A DNA stretch of 64,000 nt from Raillietiella orientalis (lineage: Eukaryota): assembly GCA_036172245.1 (NCBI GenBank), contig JAYWIR010000003.1, positions 3,844,001-3,908,000 of the forward strand, in the 5' to 3' direction. This document shows positions 59,450-64,000 of the stretch, one piece after another (within the stretch, counting starts at the first letter, position 1; each line of letters starts with the position of its first letter). A program made the translations under genes and the position numbers. The notes beneath the pieces were generated by a model that saw only the letters and a program-made list of their open reading frames with translations, searched no databases and was not told the DNA's origin.

Positions 59450-60015
59450 GCTTCTTCTTCTCCCCCCCTTCTTGCCCTTATTCTTATCGTTCTTATCCTT
59501 ATTTTTCTTACTCTTCTCATTCTTCTCATTCTCATCGTTCTTATCTTTATCATTCCTTATTCTTATCCTTATTCTTTTTCATGTTATTCGTATCCCTACT
59601 CTTATTCTTATCAATATCCTCATGCTTATCCTTATTTTTATCCTTATTCTTCTCATCCGTATGCTTACCCTTATTCTCTCTCTCCTTATTCTCATTGTGA
59701 TCCCTATCGTTCTTATTCTTATCTTTATCATTTTTGGTCTTTTTCGCATCATTCGTATCCCTATTCTTATTCTTATCAATATCTTCATGCTTTTCTTTAT
59801 CCTTATCCTCCTCTTTCTCGTTACCATTCTTCTAATCCTTATGCTTGTCCTTATTCTTCTTATCTTCATTCTTACGTTTCTTATTCGTATTCTTATCCCC
59901 ATTCTTCCCATCCGTGTGCTCATTCTTGTTCTCACCCTATTCTCTTCTCCTTCCTATCCTTATGCTTCTCCTTATTCTCATTCTTGTCATTCTTCTCCGT
60001 ATTGTTCTCACTCCA
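59450..60015. repeat. Degenerate hexamer microsatellite (CTTATT/CTTATC/CTCATT)n with an internal duplication
   Basis: attcgtatccctac/ttcttattcttatcaatatc occurs at ~59586 and ~59751; explains the spurious Ile/Leu-, Tyr/Pro- and Arg/Ile-rich ORFs. Confidence 0.85.
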
Positions 60016-60887
60016 CTCCCGCGCCGCCCACGGAGCAGGCCCAAGGTGCGGCGGCCATGCCAACGGGCGGCCGGTCGTCCTCCGATAAATCAATCGAGTG
60101 GACTCGAGGGAACCCGAAAGGTCGGTTGGAGACGTGACGGCGGCGGAGGAGAGCATCTGGCGGGTGCCCCCGAGAGACTCATCCAAATGTGGGGGGCGAT
60201 GAGGGGGTGGGAGGAAAGGTGCAGGACCTTCTGCGGACGCGCGCTGCCGCCTCTGCGTATCCTCTGATGCAGGCGGCTGCCCCAGAGGCCAGGCGAAGGG
60301 GGAAAGGAACGTCCGGAGAGGGACGCCAAGTTTCAAAGGTTCCGGTAGGACAGAGGGGAAAACGAGAGAGGACCTCAGGGCGGGCGACCTTATCCGGTGA
60401 CCTCCGCTTCGCGCCGCACGGCTCCTCTCTCTTCCGCGCGTCGGTGCCTTCAGGGCAGTCGAGTGAGAGGCAGAGCAAGAGTCAAGGGAGTCAACAGGGA
60501 GGGAGGGCAGCTGACGAGCGCCCGCGAGCATACGATACGGAGGGCGCCTCCTGTCCTGCTGCTCCCGTGGCGCATCGGATCAGGAGCCGCCCTTGTGGAC
60601 AGAGAGCGGGCTTATCTGAGAGGGGGTGGGCGGACTCCTCCGACAGGAAGGCGCCGCCGCCACCGCCCACCAAGTAACGGAACACGCGCGCCGTGCCGGC
60701 TCTCAGAGCTAGGAGGGGTGGGGAGTCTCCATGGGCAACCGCGCGAGAGCAGCAGTTTGACTTCCTCAATCACACGATGACGATCGAGGTGCGCTACCAG
60801 CAGTGACGCTACCGCGGTGGTCCCTAGCGTGCGCACTGACGGCGGTCAGCGCTGAGGACGGACGTCATCGTGCCATGGCAGCGGGTC

Positions 60888-62849
60888 TCCTGACTGGATC
60901 CGCCTGAGGATCCCGACCGCTACGTCATAGCCCAATGAAGGAACACGCACGAAGCCTATCAGGTCCTCCTCTCGCACTCCCACACGGAAGAGTTCGTCCG
61001 CGAACTCCTCTCCAGCTAAACCTACCCCACTTACATTATAGCGGAGAGCAGGTTTGTAGCCCTGGGCTACATCTGCCTGCAACTCCGCCTGGTCGGGGAG
61101 GCGTTCTTGTACGGCTGGAGATGCAGCCACGTCCGCGAAGCTCCTCGCCGGTGGCGCGGGCCTCGCACAGGTTGTCGCCATCGTTCCAGCTGCGGGAAGT
61201 TCCGGAACCACTGGCTCGACGACTTCCAAGTTGTCTTGTCTCATCCTTAGGACTAAACAGTGAGACTTTTAAGTTCTTAGGCGTCCCGCTGGGGGACATG
61301 AGTCCAGTGGAAGCGTGGTCGGACTGCCTTCGGAAGGCTGCGAGTGCTCTAAGCCCGTTCCAACTTGGTAGGTTCCTCCTGCCGGAGCGGGCCTCCGTTT
61401 GGAACATCTTCGTTGCCCCCCTCTTACGCCCCTGTTTTTTTGTTTGCCCGCCTCCCCACTCGGCCAAGCTCCAGACACGAAGCCTGTTGAGAAACGCTCT
61501 GTGGGGACCCGCGATGTCCAGGATCCACCTCAGAGACTTGACGGCTCCGCGTCGGGATGCCGGCTTGGGCATCCTGATGCTGGAGAGGATCGAACTGCAG
61601 GTGCAGTTTCGGATGTTGGCCCTGTGCATCAAACTTTAGTCCACTCCGTGGTGTGCTCCCGCGCGCCTGCTACTGCGGCGCTGCACCGGCAGCGAAGGAC
61701 TTCTGTCGCTCCGGCCACATACGGAGCGCACCACGAGAAGCTTCGGTTTCCCCCTGAAACCGCTTTACCGGCTCCTGGCAGCCCACACATGGATCTCCTG
61801 CCCCCAACGAACTTTAACGCCTGGCGGCAGGAACCTTTGTATGCCTGGGCAAGCCAACAGGATGTTTCCCTTTTGGAACTCCGTTGCGTCAACCTCTCTC
61901 CGTGCTGTACGGTGAATGAGGTCTGCAACATCCAGGAGAAGTGGACTCGCCTGGCCGTCACGTCCCTCGCCGACGTGCTGTCAGCCCTCAGGGCAAGTGA
62001 TGACAGCTGCCTACCGGCGAGGTGGGAGGTCACCTGCACCATCGCAGGAGCGACCAGACCCATCGGCGGCTGTAGGACTAACGAGCTGGCAGAAGCCGCC
62101 ACGCCTCGCAACATCCCGAAGGGACTCCTTCGGTGGAGCGAACTCTCGCCCCCGGAAGAACTTGTGATCCCTTCCTCGTGCGTGGACACTTCTGTGTACC
62201 CCCTTTCGCGGAAACAGGACGTGATCCTGCTGGAGCATTGGGGCTTCCGTCACGAACCTTGTTTCCGGGGGAGTTGTCTCCCCGAACTGTACATGCAGCA
62301 GAAACGCTCCAGCATCTCGTTTTCGACTGCAGTGTCCTCCAAAGACTGTGGCGAAGGCTGGCCTCAGCTCTCCTGCCCCAGGGGTACACCGCAAGGGATT
62401 TGATGCGCTGCATCTTCACGCCAGGCGGCCTGTCCTTAGTTGCTGTCCTTGCAACGGTCTGTTTGTTGCACCCGCGCCATCGACAAGGCCCACCGAGAGC
62501 TGGAGAAGCTGGCCATTCTTCGTCAGCCCACCGGATTAGCCGACGAGAACATGATGTCGGAAGACGGAAGACGTGAGGAGCGAGATCTCCGGCATCCACC
62601 GCCGGTTCTGAAGGAAAGGAGCGGCCAAAGCCAAAAACCCCTGTCCCCTACCCTCCCCAATTTTTTATTTATATTTTTTTGCATGTGTATTTGTGGTCCC
62701 CTCCCTCCCGTCCCAGACTTTCGGTTTTCAGTTTACTTTCGGTTTACTGCGTTTTGGGGATCCCTCTATGCGTTTTTCTGTGTCCTTTGTCCGGGAACCG
62801 TGTTCCCGGATAGTTTAGAAATAAACGTCCCGGCGCACCCAGGTGGGAA
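60888..62849 (+). mobile_element. Tx1/L1-clade LINE: 3' part of ORF2 + 3' UTR, preceded by an inverted ORF1-like segment; 10-bp TSD
   Basis: Plus strand from ~61250: FKFLGVPLG...W...VWNIFVAPLL...VCPPP...LWG...LTAPRRDAGLGI, then the zf-RVT motif ETLQHLVFDCSVLQRLW (frameshifted). Minus strand 61244-60888 reads RSFADVAAS...LFRVGVREEDLIGFVR. gcagcgggtc flanks the unit at 60878-60887 and 62850-62859. Confidence 0.75.
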
Positions 62850-64000
62850 GCAGCGGGTCGCCTGCGGCCCGAGAGCGGAGCCGCTTCTTTTGAGAAGGGT
62901 GTCGGGAGGACGGGCGATATCCGAAGGGACTTCTCCGCGGATGCCACCGTCGGTGGGAGGAGGCACCCCGGCCCTCTGCAGAATGTCGCGCTCTCTCTCC
63001 CTGCGCCTCGCCGAAGAATGGAAGCTGCAGGGCGAGAGGAATCCCACGAGAAACGTTCGGGAAGTCCTTCCCCTTTCCCTGCCATCGTCCTCCCCGGTCC
63101 CCTTCGTCCCTTTTTCCCTTTCAAGGAGAGGAACGGGAAGCAACGAAGAGGGCTCGGCGAACTACGGGAGATGCGGGGGCTTCGCCTGGACCAAAGGATG
63201 TGGAGAAAGGGACCGCCCGTCGGAGACCGCCGGGTTTCGTCGGGACCGAGAAGCGGGACGGGAAGATTCCTGGAGCGGGGCCGTCGGGAGGAGTCCACAG
63301 AGGAAGGGACTCCTGTCCTACACCTCCTTGGATGGCCGCTCAGCTTCACTCCTGGGCAGGGGGTCACCTCCGCCTCTGCGGCGCCGTCCGCGAGCCTGAG
63401 GCGTGCGTTCGGAAGGCTCCGGGAACCGCGTGCCCCGCATCGGAAGTGCTCGAGCGGGGTAGAGGGGGAAGGGGGAAAAGATAGAACATGCCGGGAGCTC
63501 TGTGACCCGTGGAAGACCGCGGACTCTTTGGACGCATCGATTTTTCCAGAAAGATTTCCTGGCAGCTCTGGTCTCCCTCCCTTCGGCAGCCCCCGTTAAG
63601 TTCCGTGCGCGCGCAACACCGCACGGGCACCTAGTCGGCGCGGTGAGAGAAGGCAAACGGAAACCATGGCTGAACTTTGACCTTCGGGAAAACTGCTCAG
63701 AGCAGCGGTTGCCGCGGAAGCAGTCTCCAGACGCCATTCCGTGGGAGCCTCACGGGCCTCCCGCAAGGAAAGCGTTCGCCCCTTCCCACTCCACCTCTCG
63801 AGCAGGTCCTCGCGGAGGTGCGCGCCTCCGAGGAATTCGCCCGCGCCGCGTTCCTCAGCGCCGGGGGTCACACAGGCGCAAAATGCGAGGCAAGAGGGGT
63901 GCGCAGGAGGAAAGCGGGTACTCGGTGGACGGCAGGTCGACCCGGGGAGGGAGGAGGAGAAAGGGGAAGTCGGGAGATCTTGGATCGCGAACAGTCTCCG

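Noticed and set aside
58980..60137. 385-aa ORF with a long Ile/Leu stretch and overlapping Tyr/Pro- and Arg/Ile-rich ORFs
   Set aside because: Product of a stop-free hexamer microsatellite; no domain.

Overview
Eukaryotic, most likely arthropod, genomic DNA: spliceosomal GT-AG introns (many only 37-70 nt) and an arthropod-type U2 5' sequence. Four multi-exon genes can be built by hand on the + strand: NXT1-like (16367-17044), CHCHD1/mS37-like (19692-20467), and two 10-exon type-B carboxylesterase paralogs (23730-42282 and 56028-59040) with the same exon structure but very different GC content and intron sizes. Most of the remaining sequence is transposon debris: a tRNA-headed SINE family (5 copies), a Mutator-like AT-rich TIR element family (3 copies), a pogo/Tigger-type MITE, a Tx1/L1-like LINE family (3 copies, one with an apparent 5' inversion), and decayed gypsy, Penelope and LINE remnants. 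The most notable oddities are a U2 snRNA copy in CHCHD1 intron 1 that is split in its branch-point-pairing sequence by a short AATAAA-ended insert, and a vrille/NFIL3-type bZIP pseudogene fragment. All family calls come from motifs recognised by eye; no database search was run. Most long ORFs in the supplied track are artefacts of GC-rich or low-complexity sequence.
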